A DNA stretch of 64,000 bases from Promethearchaeota archaeon (GTDB lineage: Archaea > Asgardarchaeota > Lokiarchaeia > Sigyniarchaeales > SOKP01). Position numbers and translations under genes: made by a program. The stretch is taken from the NCBI GenBank assembly GCA_048938855.1, contig JBHLLT010000011.1, forward strand, positions 1 through 64,000, written 5' to 3'. This document shows, piece by piece, positions 50,942 through 61,044 of this stretch. The number at the start of each line of letters is the position of its first letter. The stretch's first letter is position 1. The notes beneath the pieces were generated by a model. That model saw only the letters and a program-made list of their open reading frames with translations. It did not search any database and was not told the origin of the DNA.

Positions 50942-51751
50942 TTATCTTTTATATCTTTTAATTTTTTCTTTAAGTTTAAAAATTCTATAAATAAAAATAC
51001 CCAGGAAAATACCCATAATACTAAATAATAATGTAGTAAACACATAAATTGTAGCAAAGAAAATTGGAAATGTTGTAGTGGAAACTGATTTAATATTGAT
51101 AAGTACAATCGCACTTTTTTTGATACCATTAGGGAAAGCTGATGTATCTCCATAAGTAATATTGAAGGCATAAGCATTACCAAAATCTAATGCAGCATCA
51201 TCTTTATTTGATTTATCACCTTTAATTGGTAAAGAAAATTCATAAATAGAAGTGAGGTCTTCAAGCGTAGCAGCACCTTTGCCATTTTGTTCTGTATCGA
51301 TAGTGAAATCAGTATGACCAGACTCACTATGACTAACATTATAATCAAAATAACTATATTCATTTGCAGAAATATTTGTAAATTGTATAATTTTAGCATC
51401 TATAAATTCAGTATTATCCTCAGAAGAACTATTTGATATAATTAAACCTACAAATTCATTTGTACTGTGATAACCAGATTCTAAATCAAATTGCACAGAA
51501 ATATAAAGATTTATTTCATCTTGCATGACCCATAAACTAATATTTAAATCATCTAGTGAAATACCTCCCTTGTAAGCGTCCCTCCATTCATGCGTTGATA
51601 TATCAATATAACCATCAATTACTGGAGTTTCTCCATATTTTGAGTCTATTTCTTGTGTAGCACATTTCCCGTTTGATAAAAAAAATAGAGAAGCCACAGT
51701 CAAGTTTATTATTACAATACATGCTAAAATTCTAAAATTTATTTTCTCCAA
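50942..51751 (-). CDS. secreted DOMON-like protein with C-terminal anchor
   Basis: Signal peptide, PVIDG....EW, NLYI, YEFSLP, C-terminal TM helix. Confidence 0.65.
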   Translation of the reverse strand: MEKINFRILACIVIINLTVASLFFLSNGKCATQEIDSKYGETPVIDGYIDISTHEWRDAYKGGISLDDLNISLWVMQDEINLYISVQFDLESGYHSTNEFVGLIISNSSSEDNTEFIDAKIIQFTNISANEYSYFDYNVSHSESGHTDFTIDTEQNGKGAATLEDLTSIYEFSLPIKGDKSNKDDAALDFGNAYAFNITYGDTSAFPNGIKKSAIVLINIKSVSTTTFPIFFATIYVFTTLLFSIMGIFLGIFIYRIFKLKEKIKRYKR

Positions 51752-51942
51752 GATCAGAAAGCCTTAAATTTTTAAATATTTCTATTTTCTGTTATGCCAA
51801 ATATAAAAATTGATAATTAAAATTGAATTTAATATTTTTCGTATAAAATATCTCTTTTACAAAAAATCTGACATCTAATTCTACAAATATAAAATTCTCC
51901 TAAATCAATAATTTTTTTTTCAATTAAAAAGAGATATATAAA

Positions 51943-52422
51943 CTATTGAAGAAAATTAGGAAACATAACAATACAGTTAAATTTGTTTAAATAAACAATA
52001 ATATAGTTCAACAGGCGTTTAATATCTCTTTTAGCTTCTAATAAATTCTGGTTATTATATTCAGCGAATGGTTTAGGACCAATTCCGACTAAAATACCTG
52101 ACAAATCTTTTTCCCTTTTAATGAAAAACCAAAAAGGCATCTTTTTTTCATTATCTTTAACTAGTAAAAGCATCCATGGATTTTCCGTCCAATCATCATC
52201 ATTAGGACCAATGACTTTTTCAATCGTTTTTTGGGTTTGATACTTTTTAGTCATTTTTATAGTCTTTACCAAAGCATTAAAATAACTTCTTTTTATTTTT
52301 AGATACCCCCCAAAATATCCTTTAGTATCAAATAATTCTATCTCTTTTTTCTCTCCATCTGGTAATTTCAAAAAAACTTTCCAATTATTCATGATAGATT
52401 TACTTATGTTTTTTAAGTCCAA
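51943..52422 (-). CDS. hypothetical protein
   Basis: 159-aa ORF in a co-oriented run with the RNase P genes. Confidence 0.65.
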   Translation of the reverse strand: MDLKNISKSIMNNWKVFLKLPDGEKKEIELFDTKGYFGGYLKIKRSYFNALVKTIKMTKKYQTQKTIEKVIGPNDDDWTENPWMLLLVKDNEKKMPFWFFIKREKDLSGILVGIGPKPFAEYNNQNLLEAKRDIKRLLNYIIVYLNKFNCIVMFPNFLQ

Positions 52423-52834
52423 TTTCTTCTATTATTATTTGTTTAAATATGTTTTTAATCTTATTTAAAGAGTCATTTAATCCTGTTGCTTTTGCTTCAT
52501 TTAAATTTAAATTCAAATAACTCTCATAATAGAATTGATTTTCAATAATTAAAACTCCTGATGTATGAATAATTTGATAATTTTGAAGTATATCAGAAAT
52601 TTTATCAAACATTTCTTTTGAAAAGTCATTTGTAGAAAAGGTTACTTTTATTATTTTCTCTTTATTTAAAGGATAAATTGTAAGTTTTATAGAGTTCTCT
52701 ATAATTGATTGAATTATTAAAAGAAAAGGATTATGCTTTAGATCTTTAATATCTAATAATGAAAGTTTAAATTTAATACCAGATATATCCTTGATACGCT
52801 GTATTTTTGCTTTTGTTAAATTGTATACTTTCAT
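52400..52834 (-). CDS. hypothetical protein
   Basis: 144-aa ORF; IIHTSG...YESY beta-alpha C terminus (ACT-like?). Confidence 0.6.
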   Translation of the reverse strand: MKVYNLTKAKIQRIKDISGIKFKLSLLDIKDLKHNPFLLIIQSIIENSIKLTIYPLNKEKIIKVTFSTNDFSKEMFDKISDILQNYQIIHTSGVLIIENQFYYESYLNLNLNEAKATGLNDSLNKIKNIFKQIIIEEIGLKKHK

Positions 52835-52858
52835 TTTCTAAACATACTATTTGTTATA

Positions 52859-53203
52859 TTATATTGTATATCTATTTTTTTTATTAATTCTCTTTTTTAG
52901 TGATGATATAGTTCCTGAAGTCTTAAATGGCGAGAGAATAACTTTAACTCCTTCGATTTCTTTAACAAGACTTATGGCAGAAATTATAGTCTCTTTCGTC
53001 AAGTGAGAACATCTAATAATCCCGTAATCTTCATCCATATTAAGCTCTAGAAGCCATAATCCAATTTTGTTTGCCTCTTTCAAACCAAAATATCGCCAGA
53101 TTGATTGCCAAATTGATTTTAAAAGGGAATTTTTAGTGATCTCCTTTTCATTTTCTTTAATTATTTTAAAATAAATATATCTTTGTCGTTCTTTTTGATT
53201 TAT
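52859..53203 (-). CDS. rnp2: RNase P protein Pop5/Rpp14; start probably non-canonical (ATA 53203)
   Basis: Open frame upstream of the called TTG encodes KERQRYIYFKI...SIWRYFG; GIIRC and TSGTI motifs. Confidence 0.85.
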   Translation of the reverse strand: MNQKERQRYIYFKIIKENEKEITKNSLLKSIWQSIWRYFGLKEANKIGLWLLELNMDEDYGIIRCSHLTKETIISAISLVKEIEGVKVILSPFKTSGTISSLKKRINKKNRYTI

Positions 53204-53205
53204 TT

Positions 53206-53925
53206 TTAATCTCCCTCCTTAATTAATCTAACCTCTGGTTCAATATTATCGTTAAAATGTTTTTCTTTTCGCTCCAATAATAAAATTGGGTTTTTCATGA
53301 AGATTTTCTTAGCTTTTTCTAAAGAGATACCTAAAAGCGAATTGCAAATACTTAACAATGCTCTTGGATGCCTAAGATCATACAAATCATCAAAATTTCC
53401 ACTAATGATACAATTTGCTTTATTTTTTAAAGCCAATTGGATAAATCTGTATAAATTTCTGAAATTCTTTGATTGAATTGTCTTGTTTGATATTGTAATT
53501 GAAGCTAATGAGAATTCTAAAAACGAATTATTTTGTTTTGTAAGTGATATTACTCCCGGAGTAAGAGTCTTAATAATTTGTGGATCAGAAAAGGAGATAA
53601 TATCAACTCTTGAATCTTTCGCTGCTTGTAATTGAACTTCTTTATTAAAGGATTCAATTGAGAGAATATCAGGAAAATGGTTGTAGAATTTAATCTTATT
53701 TTTAAAATCGTCAAGATTCTCAATCCTTAAATTAATTCGAAAAAAGATATTTAGTTTTGTTTTACTCCATATTTTTTTTTTAAATTGTGGTGGAATCAAC
53801 TTTGTATTTTTTTTTGGCTCTAAAATAACATTTTTAATTCTTAACTTTTCACAAAATTCTAGTTTTTCAGAAATTTCAGTAAAATTATCAAAATCTACGG
53901 GGAGCCTTGATTCAAAATATGGCAA
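53206..53925 (-). CDS. rnp3: RNase P protein Rpp30
   Basis: AAKDSRVDII, LEFSL, ISG..D.YDLRHPR, LGIS. Confidence 0.85.
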   Translation of the reverse strand: MPYFESRLPVDFDNFTEISEKLEFCEKLRIKNVILEPKKNTKLIPPQFKKKIWSKTKLNIFFRINLRIENLDDFKNKIKFYNHFPDILSIESFNKEVQLQAAKDSRVDIISFSDPQIIKTLTPGVISLTKQNNSFLEFSLASITISNKTIQSKNFRNLYRFIQLALKNKANCIISGNFDDLYDLRHPRALLSICNSLLGISLEKAKKIFMKNPILLLERKEKHFNDNIEPEVRLIKEGD

Positions 53926-54050
53926 AAATGATATAACCTCAAAAAACTATTAAAATCTCTATATTAATCTAAAGAACTGTAAAAATAAAAAAATTTTATT
54001 ATAAATAAATATTAAAGATTTTAGTTTTTGAATTTATGTGAGGATTTCTC

Positions 54051-55340
54051 GTGGCAAAAAAAAGAAAGCTTTCAGAAATCAGAAAGAAGGTTGAAGATGG
54101 GTCTGCTATTGTATTAACAGTCCAAGAGTTAATAGATCAGATAAGTGAAGGTGAGAAAATTAAATTTGAAGATGTAGATATTGTTACAACCGCTACAAAA
54201 GGACTTATGAGTGGAATTATGGGAATTTTCTCGTTTCGTCTTTCACCACCGAAAACTTTAAGAAAATTTACCGAAGTTGATATCAATGGAATTCCAGCTT
54301 TCCCTGGTCCGTGTCCAAATGAATATTTAGGTATAGTAGATTTAATTATATATGGAACTACTCAAAGTCGTACGAAAGATAACTATTGTGGTGGTTCCTT
54401 ATTTAGAGAAATTGTTGAAGGGAAACCTATAAATGTCTTAGCTAAGAGTGCTGAGGGTGAAACTATCGAAAAAATAATGAAATTAGAAGATATGCAATTT
54501 GCTAAATTAATAGGAACTAGACAAGCCATTAAGAATTACAATGCAATGATTAACTGTGAGAATTATCAAGTTAATACAATTTTCTCATGTCTTCCTTTTG
54601 AACCAGGTAAAACAGAACTTACATTTTCTGGATGTGGAGCACTTAATCCATTTCAAAATGATCCCAATTTTGCATCATTCGGAGTGGGTTCTCCGGTTCT
54701 TGTAAACGGAAATATAGGCCATCTTATGGGTCCTGGAACTCGTAATTATATTGAAAAACCTAATATGATGACAATCGCTCCTTTCGATGGAATGAAACCA
54801 GACTATATGGGAGCTTTTAAAACTTCTTATGGTTTAGAACCAATTTGTAGCTTAGCCTTACCGATTCCTATATTAAATGAAAATATTTTCAACAATTTAG
54901 CAAAATCTGATAAATTGGTTAAATTACCAATTTTAAGTCTAGTAGGACGGGAGAAGGTTGGAGAAATTACCTATGGCGATGTTTGGGACAATAACTATCT
55001 CATGAGGTTTGATCCAGATGCTTGTAAAAACTGCGAAGAATGCAAAGCTATTGATAAATGCCCTACTAATGCGTTTATTATAAAAGATAGCAGGATTTCT
55101 GCTATAGATCGCTCGCGTTGTTTCAATTGTGGCAATTGTACTCATATATGTCCCGATGCATTTGAATTAGATTTAAAAACAATTAAATTTGAAGGAGATA
55201 ATCTTCCAGTTGTTTTAAGACAATCAGATAGATATGGCGCAATAAAGTTAGCTGAACAACTAAAATCAATGATATTAAAAGGGAACTTTCCCTTAAGAAA
55301 ACCAATTAGTAAATTACAATTTGCAGAAGAAGTAAAATAA
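54051..55340 (+). CDS. methanogenesis marker 16-like metalloprotein (homocysteine-biosynthesis/DUF39 superfamily) with 2x[4Fe-4S] domain
   Basis: VDIVTTATKGLMSG, GPCPNE.LG.VD, SGCG.LNP.QND, CKNCEEC..CP and CFNCGNC..CP. Confidence 0.8.
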   Translation: MAKKRKLSEIRKKVEDGSAIVLTVQELIDQISEGEKIKFEDVDIVTTATKGLMSGIMGIFSFRLSPPKTLRKFTEVDINGIPAFPGPCPNEYLGIVDLIIYGTTQSRTKDNYCGGSLFREIVEGKPINVLAKSAEGETIEKIMKLEDMQFAKLIGTRQAIKNYNAMINCENYQVNTIFSCLPFEPGKTELTFSGCGALNPFQNDPNFASFGVGSPVLVNGNIGHLMGPGTRNYIEKPNMMTIAPFDGMKPDYMGAFKTSYGLEPICSLALPIPILNENIFNNLAKSDKLVKLPILSLVGREKVGEITYGDVWDNNYLMRFDPDACKNCEECKAIDKCPTNAFIIKDSRISAIDRSRCFNCGNCTHICPDAFELDLKTIKFEGDNLPVVLRQSDRYGAIKLAEQLKSMILKGNFPLRKPISKLQFAEEVK

Positions 55341-55431
55341 AAATAAGTGAATATCTTTAGGCAATAATTTTACATATTTGTTCATCTCAACTTATAAAAA
55401 ACTTTATTTTTAATTTGTAATAGGTTTAAAT

Positions 55432-57168
55432 ATGTCAAGTCAAATATTTGATGGTGGCGATTTAGTTGTTAAATGCCTCATAAAAGAGGGTATAACAAAG
55501 ATATTTGGATTAGTCGGTGGAGAATTATTAAGAATCTATGATGCTATTGAAAGATGGGGCAGAGACCAAGGTATAGACACAGTAATGGTTAGACATGAAC
55601 AAGCTGGAGGACATATGGCAGATGCTTGGGCCCGATCTACTGGAGAAATAGGAGTCTGTCTTGGAACGGTTGGTCCAGGAGTAACACACCTAGTACCTGC
55701 TGTAGCAGCAGCTAATGCGGACTCAATTCCTCTGCTTGTTATAGGGGCACAAATTGGTCGAATGTTTGAAGATACTGGAATTTTACAAGGAGGAATTGAT
55801 CAACTAGCCCTAATGAAGCCTATAACTAAAACTCAGATACAAGTTGAAGAACCTGAAGAAATTCCACGCGCAATTCAAAAAGCCATAAAAACTGCTCTAT
55901 CTGGAAGAAGAGGTCCAGTTTATTTAGAATTCAGGGAGACTGCATTGGTAAGGACTGCTACAAAAGAAGATTTCCAAAAGATTTTGGAACCGGAAAAATA
56001 TAGAGCATTATATAGACCTAGCGGTGCTCAAGTAGAAATTGAAAAAGCTGTTGATATTTTAAATAATGCTAAAAAACCATTAATGATAGCTGGTGGTGGA
56101 GTAATTGCTTCAGAAGCTTCAGAAGATATAAAAATTCTGTCAGAAACATATATGATACCAACAAGTACTACTATTAATGGCATCGGTTCGATTGGAAGAG
56201 ATAAAAAGACATTTTTAGATTCTTATTTAATTAATAATGCATATAGAACAGCAGCCTTACAAGCGGATGTAGTTTTATCATTTGGCTGTAAATGGGATTA
56301 CTCAATATTTTATGGGGCACCTCCGTTATGGAATCAAAATCAGAAAATTATTCAAGTTGATATTGATTCAAACGAAATTGGGAAAAATAGACCCATTGAA
56401 ATAGGTTTTGTCAGTGATTGCAAAGCTGTAATAAGACAATTATTAGATAAAATGGAAAAAACCTTACCAAAGAGTAAAATATCAGAATGGTCAGAATGGA
56501 ACACTTATTTACAAGAACTCTGTAAAAATCAATTAGATACAAATTTAAAAATCCTTAATTATAAGAAGTTACCAATGAAACCTGAACGGCTTATTTATGA
56601 AGTATTTGATTATATTCCTGAAGACGCACAAATTGTTCTTGATGGAGGGGATATTGTAGTTTTTTCTTATAAATTTATTAATTTAAAACCGCGACCTCCG
56701 CGGTCCACATTTTATCCAATATCTATGGGGCATTTAGGAGTAGGTATACCATATTCAATTGGAGTAAAAATGGCGAAACCCGAAAAACTTGTTATTTGTC
56801 TAACAGGAGATGGAAGTTTTCTCTTTAATGTTCAAGAGTTAGAAACTGCTGTAAGATTAAATTTACCAATAATAATAGTTATTGCAAATAATTGTGCATG
56901 GGGAATGATAAAGAGTAATCAGAAAAAAAGTGTAAATAAAAGATATTGTGATGTAGATTTTCCTCCAATTGATTATTCTAAAATTGCAGAAGGTTTTGGG
57001 TGTTATGGAGAAAAAATTGAAAATCCAGATGATATAAAACCAGCTTTAAAAAGAGCAATTGAGTCAAAAAAACCTGCAGTTTTAGATGTTAATATTGCAT
57101 TTGAAACACCTCCTCCAATGAGCTTATTAGCTCAATATAAAAAAAATAAAGGTTTATTTGGTAAATAA
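55432..57168 (+). CDS. thiamine-pyrophosphate enzyme (acetolactate synthase / 2-hydroxyacyl-CoA lyase-like)
   Basis: VRHEQAGGHMADAWAR, GPG, GDGSFLFN..ELET, NN.AWG. Confidence 0.9.
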   Translation: MSSQIFDGGDLVVKCLIKEGITKIFGLVGGELLRIYDAIERWGRDQGIDTVMVRHEQAGGHMADAWARSTGEIGVCLGTVGPGVTHLVPAVAAANADSIPLLVIGAQIGRMFEDTGILQGGIDQLALMKPITKTQIQVEEPEEIPRAIQKAIKTALSGRRGPVYLEFRETALVRTATKEDFQKILEPEKYRALYRPSGAQVEIEKAVDILNNAKKPLMIAGGGVIASEASEDIKILSETYMIPTSTTINGIGSIGRDKKTFLDSYLINNAYRTAALQADVVLSFGCKWDYSIFYGAPPLWNQNQKIIQVDIDSNEIGKNRPIEIGFVSDCKAVIRQLLDKMEKTLPKSKISEWSEWNTYLQELCKNQLDTNLKILNYKKLPMKPERLIYEVFDYIPEDAQIVLDGGDIVVFSYKFINLKPRPPRSTFYPISMGHLGVGIPYSIGVKMAKPEKLVICLTGDGSFLFNVQELETAVRLNLPIIIVIANNCAWGMIKSNQKKSVNKRYCDVDFPPIDYSKIAEGFGCYGEKIENPDDIKPALKRAIESKKPAVLDVNIAFETPPPMSLLAQYKKNKGLFGK

Positions 57169-57191
57169 TATCTATCTAAATGTGAACAAAT

Positions 57192-57998
57192 ATGTCAGAA
57201 GAAAACTTTTTAAAAGGAAAAGTCGCTTTAATAACAGGTGCAGGTGGAGCTGGATTTGGAAGAGAAATGGCAAAAGCATTTGCTAGCAAAGGAGCAGATT
57301 TAGTTATTAATGATATTAATGATGAAGGGTTAGATCAAACACGCGAAATTATTCTTAAAGATTATAACGCTGAAGTTTTTATAGCTAAAGCTGACATTTC
57401 TGATTCTGAACAAGTGAAAGAAATGGCTGAGAGTGTGCTTGAGAAATTCGATAATATTTTTTTATTAGTCAATAACGCAGGAATTGATGGTGGATTGTAT
57501 ACCACTTTAAAACAAAAAGAAGCGATGTATGATAAGATCATGGGGATTAACTTGAAAGGTGCTTGGAATGTTACTAAAGCCTTTTATAAACAAATGAGAA
57601 GACAAAAGCATTTTATTCCAATTGCAGGAAAAATAATCAATATTGTTTCATGTGCAGGTACAGCAAATGGTGCTAATCCCCAAGTAGGCATCTATAGTGT
57701 AAGTAAAGCTGGTTTATTAGCATTTACCAGATTATGGGCTCTTGAATTGGGTAAGAACAATATTACTGTTAATGCTATTTCTCCAGGAGTATTCTTAACA
57801 CCGATGTATAACAACGACCCTAAACTTATCAGAGATTTTTTGAAAACTAGAGGTGTAAGATTACCTATTGATAGAATTGGAGAAAAAAAAAGTGTTGCTG
57901 ATGCCGCGTTATTCCTAGCTTCACCAGGAGCAGACTATATCACTGGTCAAAATATAATAATTGATGGCGGAATGACAATTAGTGTAAATAAATTGTAA
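57192..57998 (+). CDS. short-chain dehydrogenase/reductase
   Basis: TGAGGAGFG, NNAG, YSVSK, ITGQ. Confidence 0.92.
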   Translation: MSEENFLKGKVALITGAGGAGFGREMAKAFASKGADLVINDINDEGLDQTREIILKDYNAEVFIAKADISDSEQVKEMAESVLEKFDNIFLLVNNAGIDGGLYTTLKQKEAMYDKIMGINLKGAWNVTKAFYKQMRRQKHFIPIAGKIINIVSCAGTANGANPQVGIYSVSKAGLLAFTRLWALELGKNNITVNAISPGVFLTPMYNNDPKLIRDFLKTRGVRLPIDRIGEKKSVADAALFLASPGADYITGQNIIIDGGMTISVNKL

Positions 57999-58042
57999 TT
58001 TTATCTAAATTTTTTAAAAAAAGATAATGCAAAGATATTAAT

Positions 58043-58627
58043 CTATTTACCGCGTCCTTTATTGGCTCTAATACTTGGCCGAGTTTTTTCAGAACCCCAT
58101 CCTCTTTTATGTAAACCTCGTGCTCTGTTTCCAGCAGAAGTTAGGCCCCGAGTTACTCTTTTTGTATGTTGTGGTTCAGATATCCATGTTATTTTTGGAT
58201 CTGCTTTAATAACGGGGTGGTTAGGATCTACTAAAATTGTTTCATAGTACCAATGTTTCCCATCAGCATATACTTTGTAACTATTTAAGACCTGCATGTT
58301 TGGATATTTTCTCTGAACTCGTTCCTCAGCGATCCATTGAAGGTTCTTCCCAGTAGTATATTTAGAAACACCCATTGCTCTTGGTTTTCTTCCTCGCTTC
58401 GGACGAACTTTATGCATTCCTCCTTTTCTTATTCTTGCTCGAACTATTATGTATCCCTGCTTTGCCTTATACCCTAATGTTCTAGCTCGATGAATATTTG
58501 TAGGTTTTTCAACTCTTTGGATTGATTTACCTTTACGATATTCAACTCCGCGATACCAGTGTGGTGTTTGAAATCCTTTTTCATGTTTCTCAAACGTTTC
58601 TTTCACATAACTATATCCTGACTTCAA
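58043..58627 (-). CDS. rpl15e: 50S ribosomal protein L15e
   Basis: ARTLGYKAKQG, IAEER, VLNSY, RGLTSAG. Confidence 0.97.
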   Translation of the reverse strand: MKSGYSYVKETFEKHEKGFQTPHWYRGVEYRKGKSIQRVEKPTNIHRARTLGYKAKQGYIIVRARIRKGGMHKVRPKRGRKPRAMGVSKYTTGKNLQWIAEERVQRKYPNMQVLNSYKVYADGKHWYYETILVDPNHPVIKADPKITWISEPQHTKRVTRGLTSAGNRARGLHKRGWGSEKTRPSIRANKGRGK

Positions 58628-58781
58628 CTTTACACTGCACTCTATTGTTTTATTATATCCTTAAAAGTTAACAGAAATTAATTAATTTTATTATTTTCTA
58701 TTATGAGCAAAAATTTTAGGATGCTCTCTAACTATATTAATTAGAAACTATTTAATAAAAAGCCATGGAGAATCAGTTATA

Positions 58782-59267
58782 GTGAAAAAAACGAATAGAA
58801 ATGGAAAAGATTCAAAAAAAGTTGAAATTGAAGATTCAAACGGTTTAAAAATTTCCTATGATAAAGACGAATTAAGCAACCAATTTCCTCATTTGATTGA
58901 GGAAATTTCAACTAAAAAGAAATCTTTAAAAATTGAATCAATTAATATGGATATAGAACCAGAAAAAGAGAAGACGCCACAGAAAACTAACAATCTTTAT
59001 CTTAATGAATTATACAATCCTGGTGTAGTAGACTTTTTAAGAAGATGCAAAAGTACGGAAGACGCAATTGATATATTGGAATACTTAATGACAAGAAAAG
59101 AAATTTCCCTTGAAGATTACAATAAATATAAGAAAATCATTTCACAAGAAGGAGGATTAAAGCAACTTATTAATGAACATGGTGGCTTAAAAAGACCAGG
59201 ATATTATATGAGAAAGTATTATAAAAAAGAGAATAATAATCAAGAATTAAATACTAAACCAGATTAA
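58782..59267 (+). CDS. DUF2095-like protein
   Basis: FPHLIEEI...YNPGVVDFLRRC...EDAIDILEYL...GYY. Confidence 0.75.
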   Translation: MKKTNRNGKDSKKVEIEDSNGLKISYDKDELSNQFPHLIEEISTKKKSLKIESINMDIEPEKEKTPQKTNNLYLNELYNPGVVDFLRRCKSTEDAIDILEYLMTRKEISLEDYNKYKKIISQEGGLKQLINEHGGLKRPGYYMRKYYKKENNNQELNTKPD

Positions 59268-59275
59268 TATCTATC

Positions 59276-59348
59276 GACAGATGATGAACTTATGACAAAG
59301 TTAGCTACTTGCTCGGTAGCAATGACATTGTCGCCCCAAACTGATGTC
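59276..59348 (+). ncRNA. box C/D sRNA, predicted guide for the 23S rRNA Gm2251-equivalent
   Basis: Box C ATGATGA (59281-87), box D CTGA (59341-44), terminal stem GACA/TGTC, internal hairpin GCTAC/GTAGC, D guide TGTCGCCCCA. Confidence 0.8.
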
Positions 59349-59360
59349 ATTTCTTATATA

Positions 59361-59612
59361 TTAAATTCCTGCTAATCTCTTTCTAAAACGAATTCCTTTC
59401 TCTGTTAAAAAATATTCATCATTATTCTGTTGAATAAGACCTAAATCACGTAAAACAGGTATCCTCCCATTTATACAAGATATAGGTAAACCAGAAAATA
59501 ATTTTATAGTTTCATAGTTTTTAGCTCCATTATTAATAGCAACCAGTATTTCAATTCCCATATAACCTAAGAGATTTTTCAAATCCTCATAAGTTTCTTC
59601 GTTTTTGGGCAT
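59361..59612 (-). CDS. small winged-helix protein
   Basis: LRDLGLI...YFLTEKG wing motif. Confidence 0.75.
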   Translation of the reverse strand: MPKNEETYEDLKNLLGYMGIEILVAINNGAKNYETIKLFSGLPISCINGRIPVLRDLGLIQQNNDEYFLTEKGIRFRKRLAGI

Positions 59613-59731
59613 TTTTATCTAATCTTAAAAATATTATTTTCTGGGAGTTACTTTTTTTTAGAATTTCTGCTTTTTTTATTTTTTGCTGATCCTTCACTTT
59701 CATTTACTTTTTTTTAATCTGCAATTACGGG

Positions 59732-60853
59732 TTAAGATTCTTTTGGTAGTAGTTTTCTCATCCATTCCGGAAATGCTGTTGTTATTTGCAAATTAGTTTT
59801 TAAAACAATATATGTCTCGCCATTGTAGTTTAATTCTTCAATTACATCAAAACTTTTCAGGAAATCTATATTTTCCATTAAAGAATCTAAAGATTTTTTA
59901 GAAATTTTTTTTGGCAATTTATCTTTTGATATCAAACCGTTTCTTAATTCTGAAAGAATATTATATTTTTTTGGATCCGCCATAACTTGATATAATGTAA
60001 AAGCATCTTCCTTAATTTGCTCCCGGGTTTTCTTTTCATATTCACTAAAATATTCTTGCACTTTTGGGAGGAGTATTTCAATCAATTCTGGTTTATCATC
60101 AATATATTCAATAATACTATCTGGAGGTATTCTTTCAGCATTTACTTCTTTTACAAGAAGTACATACTTTTCAACTAATCCTATTTGATTAATGAAAATA
60201 AATTGTCGTTCATCTAGGATTTCAATAATTTCATTAAACTCTTTTTCTGGAAAATTCTCAACAAACCATTCTCTAAGGCCTTCTAATAAGATAGGACCTT
60301 CAGATAACTTCTCTAATGTCATAAAAATGTGTTTATCATTTAATAAGATAGCAATTTCTTCTTCTTCGGTTTTTTCCCTTGTATCCTCAATAATTAACCA
60401 GTATAGATTATCTACCCAGACTTTAATTAAAGCTTCATTTTTCCGGATACTCTCCTGATCTTCTTCCTCAAAATTATTTATATCATTTATATAAAATGCA
60501 GTATAAATTTCTTCATTTGATTGTAATTGTTCAGAAAATTCTGTACATAAAATTGAGATTTTTTCTTCATCTTCAGTAGGAATTTGCTGGTCAATAATTG
60601 TTGAAACCATCAGCATTTCTTTGTTTCCTCTAGCCCAATCAGAATGGATCTCGAAATAATAATTTAATGATTTAAGATTTTCAAAAGAATGTGTAAAAAA
60701 ACCTTCACTAAATTGCTGATCCATAATATTAGCTATTTTAAGAGATAATTCTTTTTCCAACGTATCCGCTGGGTAAGAATAAAAAACAATTGGACCAATT
60801 TTACGATGAAAGTATGATAAAGTAACGATGGTTTTCAATAAATGGATCTCCAT
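59732..60853 (-). CDS. longin/uDENN (folliculin/NPRL2-like) domain protein
   Basis: LSYFHRKIGP..FYSYP longin start, YFEIHSDWARG motif, wHTH-like C-terminal segments. Confidence 0.7.
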   Translation of the reverse strand: MEIHLLKTIVTLSYFHRKIGPIVFYSYPADTLEKELSLKIANIMDQQFSEGFFTHSFENLKSLNYYFEIHSDWARGNKEMLMVSTIIDQQIPTEDEEKISILCTEFSEQLQSNEEIYTAFYINDINNFEEEDQESIRKNEALIKVWVDNLYWLIIEDTREKTEEEEIAILLNDKHIFMTLEKLSEGPILLEGLREWFVENFPEKEFNEIIEILDERQFIFINQIGLVEKYVLLVKEVNAERIPPDSIIEYIDDKPELIEILLPKVQEYFSEYEKKTREQIKEDAFTLYQVMADPKKYNILSELRNGLISKDKLPKKISKKSLDSLMENIDFLKSFDVIEELNYNGETYIVLKTNLQITTAFPEWMRKLLPKES

Positions 60854-61044
60854 TAAGATTTAATTATTAAAATTGAAGAACAGCTTTTTTTATCTATTAC
60901 CTAGAAAAAATTAATATTGAAGATTATATATTATTAAAGATAAATAAATTTATCTTAACTCAACATCTAATATCATAGAGTAATTAATTTTAGCAAATAG
61001 TATAAAAAATTTTATGGAATTTAAGACAAAATCAAAATCTAAAA

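Noticed and set aside
50941-51183. N-terminal extension of ORF 50527..51183
   Set aside because: Overlaps the upstream gene in another frame; ATG 50940 is the more plausible start.
59264-59350. 28-aa minus-strand ORF MTSVWGDNV...
   Set aside because: Antisense to the box C/D sRNA, which explains the sequence better.
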